This document shows positions 37,565 to 47,774 of a DNA stretch of 64,000 nt, piece by piece. The notes under the pieces were generated by a model, which did no database searches, was not told the DNA's origin, and saw nothing but the letters and a program-made list of their open reading frames with translations. This DNA comes from an uncultured Chloroflexia bacterium (GTDB lineage: Bacteria; Chloroflexota; Dehalococcoidia; GIF9; UBA5629): positions 134,919-198,918 of the forward strand of contig OY970123.1 of the NCBI GenBank assembly GCA_963705905.1. The letters are read 5' to 3'. The translations under genes were made by a program, and so were the position numbers. The first letter of the stretch is position 1. Each line of letters starts with the position of its first letter.

Positions 37565-39561
37565 AAAAAACGCAGGATAAATCAATCGTTGTGGCGCTGG
37601 CAGGTGCTCCCAATGTCGGTAAAAGCACTGTCTTCAATCTTTTGACCGGCTTGTCACAACATGTCGGTAATTGGCCGGGCAAGACCGTCGAGCAGAAAAC
37701 AGGCGAACTTCGGCATGGTGATCTAAAGATCAGCATCGTTGACCTGCCCGGCACTTACAGCCTTACGGCCAACTCGGCTGAAGAGCAGATAGCCAGAGAC
37801 TATCTGGTCAAGGAAAACCCCGATGTCGTTGTCGCGGTCCTAAATGCAGCCAGTTTGGAACGGAATTTGTACCTGGTGGCCGAGCTCATTGAGCTTTCGC
37901 CGCGCCTGATAATAGCTTTAAATATGATCGATGTGGCCCATCAGCAGGGCATGAAAGTAGACCCCGAAGCTTTAGCATCTGCCTTGAATGTGCCGGTAAT
38001 ACCGGTCGTCGCCAATAAAAACAAAGGATTAAACGAGTTGGTGGCGCAGATAGTACTTGAATATGAGCATCCTGCGGGCTCACGTGAAGTTAAACATATA
38101 GAGTACGGCAGCGAGATAAAAGACACAATTGACCACGTTGCCGGTTTGTTGACGCCTGAAATTACAGACCCTTACCCACAGCACTGGACTGCCATGAAAC
38201 TGCTTGAAGGCGATGAGCAGATCAACAAACTGATCCGCATGCGCTGTCCTGCTGAACGCTGGCAGATTCTGGATGACTACCTGGGTGAGAACGAATCCGC
38301 GGCGGTGGATATAGCGACACTGAGGTTTGAATGGGTGGAAAAGATGGGGGCGGTTGCGCAGGAAAAACCTCACATAGGGTGGGTCTCATTGTCGGAGCGA
38401 ATTGACCGGGCGGCGACGCATCCCATATTAGGACTGCTCATCCTTGTGGGAATTTTAGGTTTGATTTTCTGGCTGGTCTATAGCCTTGGCATTCCCATCC
38501 AGAAGTTTCTGGAAGTAAACCTTATCGAAAACGGCAGGGCCCTCGTGTACGGGAACCTGTCCTTTATGCCTTTCTGGTTCCAGAGTTTCCTGGCCGACGG
38601 CTTACTCAACGGTGTCGGAACCGTTTTGACCTTTATACCTATATTGTTCTTCTTTTTTGCTGCATGGGCGGCTGTGGAAGATATAGGCTATTCGGCACGG
38701 GCAGCTTTCGTGACCGATAGGTTCATGCATTTGATTGGCCTGCATGGCAAGTCCTGCCTGCCGCTCGTGCTGGGCTTCGGGTGCAACGTGCCTGCAGTGC
38801 TGGGGACACGTATTATCGATTCCCCTCGTGCCCGCCTGTTAACTATTTTGTTAACGCCCCTGGTTCCATGCTCAGGGAGGATGGCGGTAATCGCCATTGT
38901 GGCGGCGGCTTTCTTCGGAGGCCAGGCGGTACTGGTTTCTATCGGGATCATCATCTTCAGCTTGTTGATGCTGGTACTGATCGGAATTATTATGAACCGC
39001 TTTGTCATTCGTGGTGAAAGTAGTGCCTTGATTATGGAATTGCCCTTATACCACGTGCCCGACTTACGTGGGATAGGTATAGTTACATGGCAGAATATCC
39101 TGGCCTTTATCAAGCGCGCCGGAACCATTATCCTGGCTGTCTCACTGGTAATCTGGCTTCTGTCGATAATACCCAACGGCAACATCAATGACAGCCTCCT
39201 TTCACAATTTGGAAAAATGATTGAACCGGCGGGACGGTTGATGGGTCTGAACTGGCAGATGATGGTAGCGCTTATATCGAGCTTTATAGCCAAGGAAAAT
39301 ACCATAGCTACCCTTGGTATATTGCTGGGTGGCAGCGGTGCAGACCTTGCTCAACAGCTGAAGCAAATCCTGACCCCTGCTGCGGCGCTCTCCTTTCTGG
39401 TTTTTCAGGTGCTGTTTATCCCCTGCGTGGCGACCGTTGCCGCTATCAAGCAGGAAACAGGTGGATGGCGCTGGCCGCTTTTCAGCGTGGCCTTTCAACT
39501 CATACTATCGTCCGTAATGGCTATTTTAATCTATCAAATAGCGCGCTTGACAGGCTTTTAA
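37558..39561 (+). CDS. feoB: Ferrous iron transporter FeoB
   Basis: G-protein motif ALAGAPNVGKST, DLPGTYSL, NMID. Followed by a polytopic membrane domain, 667 aa. Confidence 0.9.
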   Translation: MLEKTQDKSIVVALAGAPNVGKSTVFNLLTGLSQHVGNWPGKTVEQKTGELRHGDLKISIVDLPGTYSLTANSAEEQIARDYLVKENPDVVVAVLNAASLERNLYLVAELIELSPRLIIALNMIDVAHQQGMKVDPEALASALNVPVIPVVANKNKGLNELVAQIVLEYEHPAGSREVKHIEYGSEIKDTIDHVAGLLTPEITDPYPQHWTAMKLLEGDEQINKLIRMRCPAERWQILDDYLGENESAAVDIATLRFEWVEKMGAVAQEKPHIGWVSLSERIDRAATHPILGLLILVGILGLIFWLVYSLGIPIQKFLEVNLIENGRALVYGNLSFMPFWFQSFLADGLLNGVGTVLTFIPILFFFFAAWAAVEDIGYSARAAFVTDRFMHLIGLHGKSCLPLVLGFGCNVPAVLGTRIIDSPRARLLTILLTPLVPCSGRMAVIAIVAAAFFGGQAVLVSIGIIIFSLLMLVLIGIIMNRFVIRGESSALIMELPLYHVPDLRGIGIVTWQNILAFIKRAGTIILAVSLVIWLLSIIPNGNINDSLLSQFGKMIEPAGRLMGLNWQMMVALISSFIAKENTIATLGILLGGSGADLAQQLKQILTPAAALSFLVFQVLFIPCVATVAAIKQETGGWRWPLFSVAFQLILSSVMAILIYQIARLTGF

Positions 39562-39609
39562 GCGGCCGTTAATTGTACGTCTTTATTGTAACGCTCTAAA
39601 ATAGAAGCA

Positions 39610-41364
39610 ATGGGTCATAAACTCAAACGCTCGGGACCTGAGGCCTTTAGATTCACGACCCTTCGTCTGATAGCGGTATTTATCACCGTCCTCGTCGGTA
39701 TACTCTTCATGTTTCAGGCGGTTCGGGCCGATTGTCCCTCGTGTATCAGTCACCAGTATTTCGGCACAGTCTCGCACAATGGCGTTCCTGTTGGGCAGGG
39801 TTATACTGTCTATGCCGTGGTTAACGGCGAACAGGTCGCTTCTACCACCACAGATTCCAACGGGCAATGGGGTAATACCGAACCGTTTATAGTGAGCGCG
39901 CCTTCGGGAGCCTTTGTGGAATTCTACGTTGGCGGAGAGTACATGGGTGAAGCCGCCAGTTGTATTCCCGGGCCGTCGACCAAACTCGACTTCACGGTGT
40001 CAGTTTTAACGACGCCCGGCACCTCTAATGCTGCTGCTAATACAGGTACTTCCATAACTGCGTCTATTCTTGGACAGGGATATTCGTTTGTGCTCACCAA
40101 TGGTATTCTCACTGCGGCTAAAACGCTTAGCAGCGCCGACCAGAGATTTAGCTTGAGCTTTCCAACGAACTCCGTTGTAAATACCAGTGGGGCCAGCCAG
40201 TTCGTTGTCAGTGCTGAGCAGTCACCGCCGGTACCACCACCCGGCGTAAAACTTATACAGGCCTACGGTTTTTCTCCTGACAGTATTATTATCAGCCCAG
40301 CAGCAGCCGTGACCTTAAAGTACGATGCCGCCGGTCTGCCGCCGCAGGTTGATGAGTCTAACCTTTACATAGCTCAATGGAGCGGTGTTTCGTGGATATC
40401 CCTATCATCAACTGTCAACACCGTGGCCAGCACAGTTACTGCACAGCTAAAGTCTTTATCCACCGTTGCCATTTTAGGCAAAATCAATCTGCAGCGTCCA
40501 CCCGAGGTGATTGGCGCTTTTATCTTAGGAAAAGCAGATAATGTCACCATCAACAATGGCATACTTACTGCCGGCCGGGCTTTGGAGAGCGCCGATGGCG
40601 GGATAATGCTGGATTTTGCGGATAATACTGCTATCAACCTGCAGGGCGGACAGCAAATGACGGTCCTTCAAATAGCTTCCCCTCCGGCACCTCCCGCCGG
40701 CTCCGGTCTGATCGCCGCTTATAGCTTTGGACCCGAAAATAGCAGCTTCAGTCCGCCGTTCAACCTGACGATAAAATATGATCCTTCGCAAATAACTCCT
40801 GATATGACGGAGTCCGGCCTTTACATATCTGCCTTTGCCGCTTCTGAGAACTGGACGCAGCTGCCATCTACTGTAGATATCCAGCATAAAATGGTCACCG
40901 CTCAAATAGCTCATTTTTCGATATATGCATTGCTGGCGAAAGAGGCCACTAATACAGTACCGCCTCCGGCAGCATTCACAGTATCTGATCTTACGGTCAT
41001 ACCGCAGACGGCCGGCGCAGCGGAGACCGTTACAATATCAGCAAGGATAGTGAATAATGACGAGATTGAGGCTACCCGTGATGTTGTCCTTATAGTTAAC
41101 AACAAAGAGGAGGCGAAACAGCAAGTCACCCTTCCCGGCGGTGGCAACCAGACTGTTAATTTCACGCTTAGCAGGAATGAGCCTGGTATTTATAGTGCTA
41201 GTATAGATAACCTGACTGCCGATTTTACTGTGAATGCGGTTGCGTCTGATAAGAATCAGTCGGCCCAGCCCGGCCTTCCGCTACTGGGTGCCATCGCTTT
41301 TTGCGGGTTGCTGGTGGTTATATTCGTCATAGTACAAATCGGGAAACAGCGATCGCGCTATTGA
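39610..41364 (+). CDS. Cell-surface protein with N-terminal TM/signal and C-terminal TM anchor
   Basis: 584 aa with beta-rich repeats. Ends QPGLPLLGAIAFCGLLVVIFVIVQIGKQRSRY (motif, hydrophobic helix, basic tail). Confidence 0.6.
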   Translation: MGHKLKRSGPEAFRFTTLRLIAVFITVLVGILFMFQAVRADCPSCISHQYFGTVSHNGVPVGQGYTVYAVVNGEQVASTTTDSNGQWGNTEPFIVSAPSGAFVEFYVGGEYMGEAASCIPGPSTKLDFTVSVLTTPGTSNAAANTGTSITASILGQGYSFVLTNGILTAAKTLSSADQRFSLSFPTNSVVNTSGASQFVVSAEQSPPVPPPGVKLIQAYGFSPDSIIISPAAAVTLKYDAAGLPPQVDESNLYIAQWSGVSWISLSSTVNTVASTVTAQLKSLSTVAILGKINLQRPPEVIGAFILGKADNVTINNGILTAGRALESADGGIMLDFADNTAINLQGGQQMTVLQIASPPAPPAGSGLIAAYSFGPENSSFSPPFNLTIKYDPSQITPDMTESGLYISAFAASENWTQLPSTVDIQHKMVTAQIAHFSIYALLAKEATNTVPPPAAFTVSDLTVIPQTAGAAETVTISARIVNNDEIEATRDVVLIVNNKEEAKQQVTLPGGGNQTVNFTLSRNEPGIYSASIDNLTADFTVNAVASDKNQSAQPGLPLLGAIAFCGLLVVIFVIVQIGKQRSRY

Positions 41365-41401
41365 TCGGGGATCCGAAATTTGCTGAAAGGAGAAAGGAAT
41401 A

Positions 41402-41659
41402 TTGATCTGGCAAGAAGTAGTTGGATTCGGTGGCGGCCTGTTCATCACGCTGGGAATTGTGCCCCAGGTCTGGCGCCTGTTTAAATTGAGGAGCGCACGT
41501 GAAATAAGCCTCTCCTTCACGTTGCTGTTTCTTGCCGGCGGCCTCTGCTGGTTGGCTTACGGCATCTCTTTGGGGTTAATGCCGATGATTATCTGGAATG
41601 CTATTTCCTCGGCTCTGATGTGCATAATGCTGTTTGCCAAATTGAAGTATGGTAAATAA
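41402..41659 (+). CDS. SemiSWEET / PQ-loop sugar transporter (3-TM)
   Basis: 85 aa, three hydrophobic helices. PQ motif (GIVPQVWRLFK). RBS GGAGAAAGG, apparent TTG start. Confidence 0.65.
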   Translation: MIWQEVVGFGGGLFITLGIVPQVWRLFKLRSAREISLSFTLLFLAGGLCWLAYGISLGLMPMIIWNAISSALMCIMLFAKLKYGK

Positions 41660-41775
41660 CCCGGTCCGCCGACTACATATTTTGATATTTAGGCGACGGG
41701 CGCTTTTGCCATAAAGCCGATCAGCCCGCTATAATGGCAATGGGACTATAGAAAAGGCATACGTTTAAGAGTGAG

Positions 41776-42435
41776 ATGCAGCATACATTTCAGTGTTATA
41801 GATGCGGCGCCCATAATATTGTCGGGGTCAAGAACTGCGGTAATTGCTACAGTCCTTTCTACTACAATTGCCCGCATTGCAGTGCCTGGGTTGATAATAC
41901 CTTTGTGAATTGCCCGAATTGCCGTAACGATCTCAATTGGCCGGAAACAGCCTCCATGGACGGCGACACCATATACGGTGCCACGCGTATCACATCCGGT
42001 AACGGTGTAGCTCACCGCAAAAGAAGCGTCTGGCCCGCCGTATTGCTATCGTCGCTGGCAGCGATAGCGTTGCTGGTAATCCCTATCAGCCTGGCTGCCA
42101 GCAATTCGCTTTCTCCAAGACCTACTGTCGATCAATCTAGCTCGAAGTCAGCCGGTGTTTCCCAGCCGATTCATCCGGCGCAGCTCTATAGTCCCAAACC
42201 GAATGCAACACCGACGCCGGACGATTCGCAGACACCCTATTCTTCACCCTCGACGGATACGATTTCTTCCAACACATACAGTACAATACCTTCTCCGTCC
42301 AGTTCCAGTTCTAGCTCCAGTTTATATATCGCGCCGGGAACTTATAATCCCGGGGCCAGTGCTTATTTGAGGAGCATATATCCCAATTGGGGAGTATGCG
42401 TCGGCGGCAGTTGCGGCAAATACACCCAGCAGTAG
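41776..42435 (+). CDS. Zinc-ribbon membrane protein with Ser/Pro-rich tail
   Basis: Three CxxC pairs (CYRCG, CGNC, CPHC, CPNC) at the N-terminus, one TM helix, S/P/T-rich C-terminus. Confidence 0.5.
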   Translation: MQHTFQCYRCGAHNIVGVKNCGNCYSPFYYNCPHCSAWVDNTFVNCPNCRNDLNWPETASMDGDTIYGATRITSGNGVAHRKRSVWPAVLLSSLAAIALLVIPISLAASNSLSPRPTVDQSSSKSAGVSQPIHPAQLYSPKPNATPTPDDSQTPYSSPSTDTISSNTYSTIPSPSSSSSSSSLYIAPGTYNPGASAYLRSIYPNWGVCVGGSCGKYTQQ

Positions 42436-42455
42436 CGTGGGCGCCTACGGGCTAA

Positions 42456-42812
42456 TCAAGCTACTTCGATGCCCTCAATGCGGAACTCGGTACCTGAGAT
42501 CATCTCGTAATTTTTCACTGAGCAGTTTGGACAGGAAATATCCTCGTTAACCAGACGGTCCCGGTCGACTTCAAATTCGGTACCGCATACTCGGCAATTG
42601 AATACAATTGGATTGACGATGACCAGGATTTCGGCCTCTTCGGCCAAAGTCCCTTTCCGGATAAAGTTGAAGTAATATTGAAGCCAATCGCGGTTGATAT
42701 CACGCAGTGCACCCAGGCGCAGGACGATCGTTAAAACCTTTTGGGAATTAGTCTTTCGGGCATACGACAGAGCGGTATCCAGTATGTCCTGTGTCAAAGA
42801 GAGCTCATGCAT
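42456..42812 (-). CDS. hypA: Hydrogenase nickel-incorporation protein HypA
   Basis: MHELSLTQDILDTAL N-terminus. C-terminal CxxC-x13-CxxC zinc site, 118 aa. Confidence 0.8.
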   Translation of the reverse strand: MHELSLTQDILDTALSYARKTNSQKVLTIVLRLGALRDINRDWLQYYFNFIRKGTLAEEAEILVIVNPIVFNCRVCGTEFEVDRDRLVNEDISCPNCSVKNYEMISGTEFRIEGIEVA

Positions 42813-42832
42813 AAATTCGAGTCGTGTCCGCG

Positions 42833-43942
42833 CTACGACTTAGCCTGCGCCCGCCTGGTCCTGTCGGCCTCCGCTTTTTCACGCCCCATCCTTTCCTGGT
42901 TATCAAAAAACGTATTATCCTGCGGGATCGTCAATTGTTCATCAGGCTTTCTCTCAAGGACCAGCGCTCCGCTGGGACAGGTGGTAACACACAGGCCGCA
43001 GCCAAAACACCTTGCTCTATTGTACACAGATTTATTTTCCGGGTTGACGGTCATGGCCTTCATGGGACAGCGCTCCGCACATTTACCGCAATTGATACAT
43101 ACCATCTCGTCCTTGGTGCACTTATAATTGCTCCAGGACTCGAACCCTGTGCCCTGTTCAATTTTGGCGCCGATCAGAATGCCGCAGTGGCATTTAGCGC
43201 AGTTGCAGAATCCCGAGCACTCCTTAGAGTGGGACATCTGGACGAATAGTCCTGCACTATCGTCTTTATGCAGGACCTCAAGGGTCTGTTCGATCGTTAA
43301 TACATGTGGATTACCGATTTTTGATTCAAGCATAAATTCTGCCATTCGGCCAAAGGCTATGCACACGTTTAAATTTTCGGTGCAGCTGCATGATTTCCTG
43401 GCGAAGAGGGCTATCTTCCGGCAGGCGCAGTCATTGGCAACGATCAGCGTCTGCCTTTTGATGGTCGCCTCGATATCATCATAGGGCAGCAGTTTTCCAT
43501 CTCTAACCGTATCGGGTCGGATTGGAACGATTCGCGCTATGGGCAGACGATAATCGAGGAGCGTTTTTCCAAATCCGTCGATGTAAAACTGTCGCATATT
43601 TGCGGCATCCTGCTGGTCAAACTTGTCCACCCGGAATTCCCACAGGCCGTGGATGAAAGGGATGATGCGATATTTTTTCTCATTGCCATGCCGTTCCCAG
43701 TACAGGAGGCCTTTTTTCGACATCGATTCCAACTGGGCCTGGGCATCTTTAAGGCTTATGCCCATATGATCGGCTACCTGCTCAGGTGATTGCAGGCCCG
43801 GTTTGAACTTGATGAAAAACTCCGCGTCCGCCTCGTTGAAAACCTTTTTCAGGAACGCCGTTTCCGAGCCCTTTTCGGTTTTGGGATAGCCCTTGGTCAT
43901 GCCGTCCAGTTTCTGTCGCAGCCTTTCATATACATCTGCCAT
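42833..43942 (-). CDS. Multi-cluster iron-sulfur protein with N-terminal winged-helix-like region and C-terminal 2x[4Fe-4S] ferredoxin domain
   Basis: CINCGKCAERCP and CFGCGLCVTTCP ferredoxin motifs, plus extra Cys clusters (CACRK...CSCTENLNVC, CSGFCNCAKCHCG). 20 bp upstream of hypA on the same strand. Confidence 0.65.
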   Translation of the reverse strand: MADVYERLRQKLDGMTKGYPKTEKGSETAFLKKVFNEADAEFFIKFKPGLQSPEQVADHMGISLKDAQAQLESMSKKGLLYWERHGNEKKYRIIPFIHGLWEFRVDKFDQQDAANMRQFYIDGFGKTLLDYRLPIARIVPIRPDTVRDGKLLPYDDIEATIKRQTLIVANDCACRKIALFARKSCSCTENLNVCIAFGRMAEFMLESKIGNPHVLTIEQTLEVLHKDDSAGLFVQMSHSKECSGFCNCAKCHCGILIGAKIEQGTGFESWSNYKCTKDEMVCINCGKCAERCPMKAMTVNPENKSVYNRARCFGCGLCVTTCPSGALVLERKPDEQLTIPQDNTFFDNQERMGREKAEADRTRRAQAKS

Positions 43943-44123
43943 TTTAATTTCGCATCTCCTGTGATTTCATAAGTAAAAGATAATGCTTGTTTAAACGCTA
44001 TTGTCGTCTCGTGATCCTGAAGATTTGGAGTATAATCTTATCTTTCGACCATTGTCAAAGTTATTACAGGATATCGATAGGGCAACCTAGTGATCTGATA
44101 TGGATCAATGCGTTTCTTTACTT

Positions 44124-45089
44124 TTATAGCGGCCTGAAATACCCCACGCCCACTCCAACAGCCAACAAGAGACCAAGGCAACCGTGAAGTTGTGACGACA
44201 AATATAAAGCCATCACAAAATCCTTTCGTTCTCGTCCCTGCCATACCATCCTTAATGCCTTTACCGCCAGGGGTAGTGCTAGAAATGGCAAAAGCACTAC
44301 AAATCCAAACTCTTTGATAGTGGCAAGTGCCAGCACTATAGCAAACTCCGCTGTTATTAAAAGAGTCCATTCCCACCGTCCAAAACCACGCCCCCACAAG
44401 GTAATAAAAGTCGTCTTACCGGTAGCCTTATCTTCTTCCAGGTCGCGAAGGTCGTTAGCCACTAAAATAGAGGTAACGCTGCACGCAATGGGAATTGAAA
44501 GCCAAAAAGCGTTGACGGTGAGGACGTGACTCTGAACGTAACATGAACCAAGGACCATAACCAGACCCATAAAAATAAAAACTAAGGGATGCCCTAACCC
44601 GATATTCCCCAGAGGCCTGGGTCCGGCTGCATAGCAATAGGCTGCCGCAGCACTAAGGAAGCATACTATTAAAAGAGGCCACCCCGTTATGAGGACCAGA
44701 TATAAACCGATAAGACCGGCTATGCCAAAACAGAATATGGCGCCACTTTTGACTTCTTTGCTGGATAAAGCTCCCGAAGCAATAACCTTGTAGGGTGCTA
44801 GCACCTTATTTTCCGAGTTTGTAGTGGTATGGTCGTAATACTCGTCCACAAGATTGGAAGCCACCTGTACCAGTATGCTCGCAACAAGCACGAGTATAAA
44901 AATTTCTAAATTGGCTTGTTTTTCACGGAATGCCAGGGCAGAGCCTACCAATATAGGAGCCACAGCAGCCGTAAGCGAAAATGGGCGTGATGCCCAGTAC
45001 CAGGCCCGCACTTGCTGCCATCCTTTTGAAGTCGTGCCCTGGAGCGGCTTATCGGAAGGCTTTGCTGTTCTGTTCATAGAGGTTTTCAT
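44124..45089 (-). CDS. menA: UbiA-family prenyltransferase (MenA-like 1,4-dihydroxy-2-naphthoate prenyltransferase)
   Basis: Asp-rich motifs NLVDEYYD and NDLRDLEEDKATGK, ~9 TM helices. Confidence 0.75.
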   Translation of the reverse strand: MKTSMNRTAKPSDKPLQGTTSKGWQQVRAWYWASRPFSLTAAVAPILVGSALAFREKQANLEIFILVLVASILVQVASNLVDEYYDHTTTNSENKVLAPYKVIASGALSSKEVKSGAIFCFGIAGLIGLYLVLITGWPLLIVCFLSAAAAYCYAAGPRPLGNIGLGHPLVFIFMGLVMVLGSCYVQSHVLTVNAFWLSIPIACSVTSILVANDLRDLEEDKATGKTTFITLWGRGFGRWEWTLLITAEFAIVLALATIKEFGFVVLLPFLALPLAVKALRMVWQGRERKDFVMALYLSSQLHGCLGLLLAVGVGVGYFRPL

Positions 45090-45238
45090 GCAGCGCTCTC
45101 CCCAGCTCTAATGTCATTGTTGTCTTTTGCTTCGTTTTCTGTCTGATTTAACCCAAATACACCCGGCAGTAATCGATTCAATATTCAACTAATTTAGGCT
45201 GGGGATTGAATTTCCAGGTAAAGATTTGATGTTCCGTA

Positions 45239-45706
45239 CTATTCGTCTTCCCACTGGTATTTGTCTTTCCTGTCTTTTAACTTACTTGATCCGCAGGCAA
45301 AGCAAATACCATTATGGCAGCAGAGTGCCTGGCCGCATTCAGGACATTTCCATTTATTTTCTTCCGCCCTAATGAATTGTTTAACGCCATGTACCTTAAT
45401 GAACAGGAGATTTTCAACCATACTCATTCTGAAAAAGGTTTTATAGCGCTGGTCGAGGTGGTGAAGATTATTGCAGGGGAAATCCTGACATTCATAGCAG
45501 TATTTTATTTGTCCATTCAAGAGCGGCGGACATTTCTTTTTGATGAGGGCACACTTTCTATCTCTTGGCCTGCAGCCGGCGCAGTAGGACATTCGAATTC
45601 CCTTGCTTCTCACATCATGTTTAAAGGCGAGATACCTGCTGCATATTGCGCAGTTCATGCCGCAGGGGGCAATCAGCTCTTCATTCATTATAGCTTGAAC
45701 TATCAT
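45239..45706 (-). CDS. Cys-rich zinc-finger protein (DUF3795-like)
   Basis: CGMNCAICSRY, CAGC, CYECQDFPC, CPECG motifs, 155 aa. Confidence 0.6.
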   Translation of the reverse strand: MIVQAIMNEELIAPCGMNCAICSRYLAFKHDVRSKGIRMSYCAGCRPRDRKCALIKKKCPPLLNGQIKYCYECQDFPCNNLHHLDQRYKTFFRMSMVENLLFIKVHGVKQFIRAEENKWKCPECGQALCCHNGICFACGSSKLKDRKDKYQWEDE

Positions 45707-45966
45707 AGCAAATGGTAAAGTAGATAATCCACTTATACGGAAAGGATGCCGAGATTGTTATGGCCGTAACTAGCCTACTCAGATAATTAACGATCCACTA
45801 AGGCTTCATTGGCTACGCTCGATCGTGGCCCTTTCCATATAGCTGTGATGGCATTTTCAATACATTTCAATACATGGAGTGCGGTGGCCGGTTTCGCTTG
45901 ACATCTCCAATGATTGATGTTATGATTTGACTATCTTTTAGATACTTACTTTTGGAAAGAGAATAG

Positions 45967-46653
45967 ATGGCACCGATATATGCTCACTACTGTCCGGTAG
46001 CGCATGCGTTAGAAATGGTTGGTGACAGGTGGTCTTTGCTCATTATTCGAGACCTATTGCAGAAACCACAACGGTTTACCGACTTGTTGCGCAACTCGAA
46101 CAATATTACCCCTAAATGGCTTACAATCAGGCTTCGACAATTGGAGCAAGCCAAGATAGTTGAGCGGGAAAGACAGAGTGACCGGCGCGAAGTCTGGTAC
46201 AGGTTGACACCATCAGGACAAGACCTCCGTCCGGTAGTGGAGGCATTGTGGGACTGGGGTTTGCAATACGCAATGTGGCCGCCACGCCCAGGAGAAGTGG
46301 TCCATCCTGACTGGGCGGTGAATACGTTAGCGGCCTCGCTGAACAAGCGTGGCAGGAAATTGCCTAAGCCGATGAACTGGTTACTCAATTTCACGTCGGG
46401 CGGCCCCTATACCGTGTCTTTTGATGGTGCACGATGGTCAGCCAAAGAGGGTGATATCGAGAATCCCGATATAGTAGTAGCAACCTCCCCTGAAGCATGG
46501 GCAACGTTCCTCGCCTTGAAGCGAGAAGAGCGTAGACGGCATGCGCAGACCATGCAGATAGCCGGCTCATCCGAAAGTGTCGAGGAGTTCCTACGGACGC
46601 TCGGGGCAGGAGAAGAAAAACACGGCCAAATCCTGAACACTGAACCGGGCTGA
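45967..46653 (+). CDS. HxlR-family transcriptional regulator with C-terminal extension
   Basis: CPVAHALEMVGDRWSLLIIRDLL...RFTDL matches the HxlR wHTH, 228 aa. Confidence 0.7.
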   Translation: MAPIYAHYCPVAHALEMVGDRWSLLIIRDLLQKPQRFTDLLRNSNNITPKWLTIRLRQLEQAKIVERERQSDRREVWYRLTPSGQDLRPVVEALWDWGLQYAMWPPRPGEVVHPDWAVNTLAASLNKRGRKLPKPMNWLLNFTSGGPYTVSFDGARWSAKEGDIENPDIVVATSPEAWATFLALKREERRRHAQTMQIAGSSESVEEFLRTLGAGEEKHGQILNTEPG

Positions 46654-46727
46654 AGGGTTCGACCATTTTGTATATCGGGCCCAAGTCGCAGTAGAAACAC
46701 ATTAGCACGGATTATCTCGGAGGCACT

Positions 46728-47774
46728 ATGGAACAGATGGAAGAACATATCAAGGATACAGCTCTTGACATGGGATACGAGGCATGTGGAATCGTTAGGG
46801 TTTCGGCGATATGCGGTTTCGAACAGAAACTGAATGAAAGAATCGAGCGAGTTCCTGAGGCAAATCCATTTTACCAGAATTTCCATCGATTTGCCCATCC
46901 TGAAGCAACTCATCCGTGGGCGAAATCGATCATCGTCTGCGTAAGAAATCACGGGAAATACAAGGTCCCCAACAACCTGGAAGGCTTGATAGGGAAGAGC
47001 TATCTCTTTGACTATCGAACGGATGTGCTTTCGAAAGATTACTTGAATAGCCTTAGATTTGAAGTATACCTAAAAGATAACGGGCTTGATGTCGCCACCG
47101 AGAGGAGATTCGGCATTACAGCACTTCGCTGGGCAGCGTCGGAAGCCGGTTTGGGACTGATCCGCAAGAACAACTTCTTTTATACAAAGTCAGGGTCGTG
47201 GGTGTCTCTGGAAGCCTGGCTGATCGATCGGGAATTAGAATCCATCGAAAAGCCGACGATTAAACCATGTCCCGAGGGCTGCACTCTGTGTATGAAGAAT
47301 TGCCCCACATCCTCCCTATCCCAACCTTACACGATGAATCCTTCAAGCTGTATATCCTTTTTAACAACGTTTGGGGGATCGGATTCAACTAAGGACATGT
47401 TCGGTACAAAGATCGGTAATTGGATCTACGGGTGCGACGTCTGCCAAGATGTGTGCCCGTTTAACAAGAATGTTCGCGGAGCAGCCGAGGAATTCCCGGG
47501 GCTGACCGAATTGAGCCAACATATCTCACTGGAGAAGCTTGTTTCGGCGGATTACAGTTTCTTAGAAAAAACGGTTCAACCTAAATTTTGGTACATCAGA
47601 CAAAACGATCTTTGGAAGTGGAAGGTAAACGCCATCAATGCTATGGTCAATAGCTACGAGAACAAATATCGGGAATCAATCTTCGATGCCCAAAATGATA
47701 GCCAGCCCAATGTGAGGGAAATGGCTCAGTGGGCGATCCGAAGACTGGGGTTACAGTCGGTTAGAATCGCATGA
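46728..47774 (+). CDS. queG: Epoxyqueuosine reductase (QueG)-like Fe-S protein of the reductive-dehalogenase superfamily
   Basis: Two Cys motifs (CPEGCTLCMKNCP, CDVCQDVCPFN). C-terminal HEAT-like segment (NVREMAQWAIRRLG) as in QueG, 348 aa. Confidence 0.6.
   Translation: MEQMEEHIKDTALDMGYEACGIVRVSAICGFEQKLNERIERVPEANPFYQNFHRFAHPEATHPWAKSIIVCVRNHGKYKVPNNLEGLIGKSYLFDYRTDVLSKDYLNSLRFEVYLKDNGLDVATERRFGITALRWAASEAGLGLIRKNNFFYTKSGSWVSLEAWLIDRELESIEKPTIKPCPEGCTLCMKNCPTSSLSQPYTMNPSSCISFLTTFGGSDSTKDMFGTKIGNWIYGCDVCQDVCPFNKNVRGAAEEFPGLTELSQHISLEKLVSADYSFLEKTVQPKFWYIRQNDLWKWKVNAINAMVNSYENKYRESIFDAQNDSQPNVREMAQWAIRRLGLQSVRIA

Noticed and set aside
44038-44397. 119-aa minus-strand ORF overlapping the menA-like 3' end
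   Set aside because: Different frame of the same strand region as the UbiA-family gene. No features.
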